DNA from: Perna viridis
Lineage: Eukaryota
Direction of reading: 5' to 3'
Assembly: GCA_037379345.1 (NCBI GenBank)
Contig: CM074523.1
Location: 26,318,995-26,382,994 of the forward strand
Length of the DNA stretch: 64,000 bases
Shown: piece by piece, positions 63,501-64,000 of the stretch
How the letters are laid out: each line of letters begins with the position of its first letter
Position numbering within the stretch: position 1 is the stretch's first letter
Notes under the pieces: model-generated
What the model was told of the DNA's origin: nothing
Databases searched by the model: none
What the model saw: only the letters and a program-made list of their open reading frames with translations
Made by a program: the position numbers and the translations under genes

Positions 63501-64000
63501 ATTGAAAATCCAGTAGATTCTATTGTATTTGAGTGCCATTTACAGAGTTATCTCCCTTAATTTCAAAATCTACAGTGCATTCTATAAAATTTTTATCTCC
63601 TAAGAGCACTGCTTATATGAAAAACCACATGTTATTTTCTGTTTACTATGACATTTCAAACAAAATATCAAAAATAAAAATATGTAGGCTTTTTACCCAT
63701 GAATCACATTTTGCATGATACTTAGCTGGAGTACTACTCAAGATCTTTCATGCTAGAACAGTATGAGTAGATGACATGCTCGTTTTTGAGATATAAGCAA
63801 AATTTTGATGGGAAGGGGATTTCTCTTGATTTTCCATAGACTAAGTAAATACGTGTATATACATCAAAACAATGAAGAAATGATAAAAAGAATAGAAACT
63901 TCTGAACTAACATTTCAAGGTGAATTTAATGAATTTATGAACAGAAAAGTGGGGAAAAGGGTCATATATATAAATGCTTTGAAACTGATAAAATCAGAGG

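Overview
AT-rich eukaryotic genomic DNA with spliceosomal GT-AG introns. The HSPA12 paralogues, Penelope-like retroelements, SINEs and Helentron-like repeats point to a bivalve mollusc (inference). I reconstructed four spliced genes by hand, checking reading phase across every junction. (1) A 13-exon secreted Ntn-hydrolase of the acid-ceramidase-like (Dictyostelium dcd1-like) type on + (3453-24293, 441 aa). (2) A complete 9-coding-exon Cdc25 phosphatase gene (412 aa, HCEFSSER intact) nested antisense inside its 9.9-kb intron 5 (10026-16533, -); the ORF track largely misses it. (3) A 4-exon HSPA12 gene on + (30859-38070, 577 aa), with an inverted pseudogenic copy of its last exon upstream. (4) The last five coding exons of alpha-catulin on - (46580-59970), with the 5' part outside the window. 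The most unusual structure is a 10-copy tandem array of a 3' splice site plus exon start in alpha-catulin, in which only the last acceptor gives an open reading frame. Introns and intergenic DNA hold many retroelement fragments with a conserved structured 3' end, SINEs, MITEs and tandem duplications. No database search was run; family assignments come from recognised motifs, and repeat boundaries are approximate.
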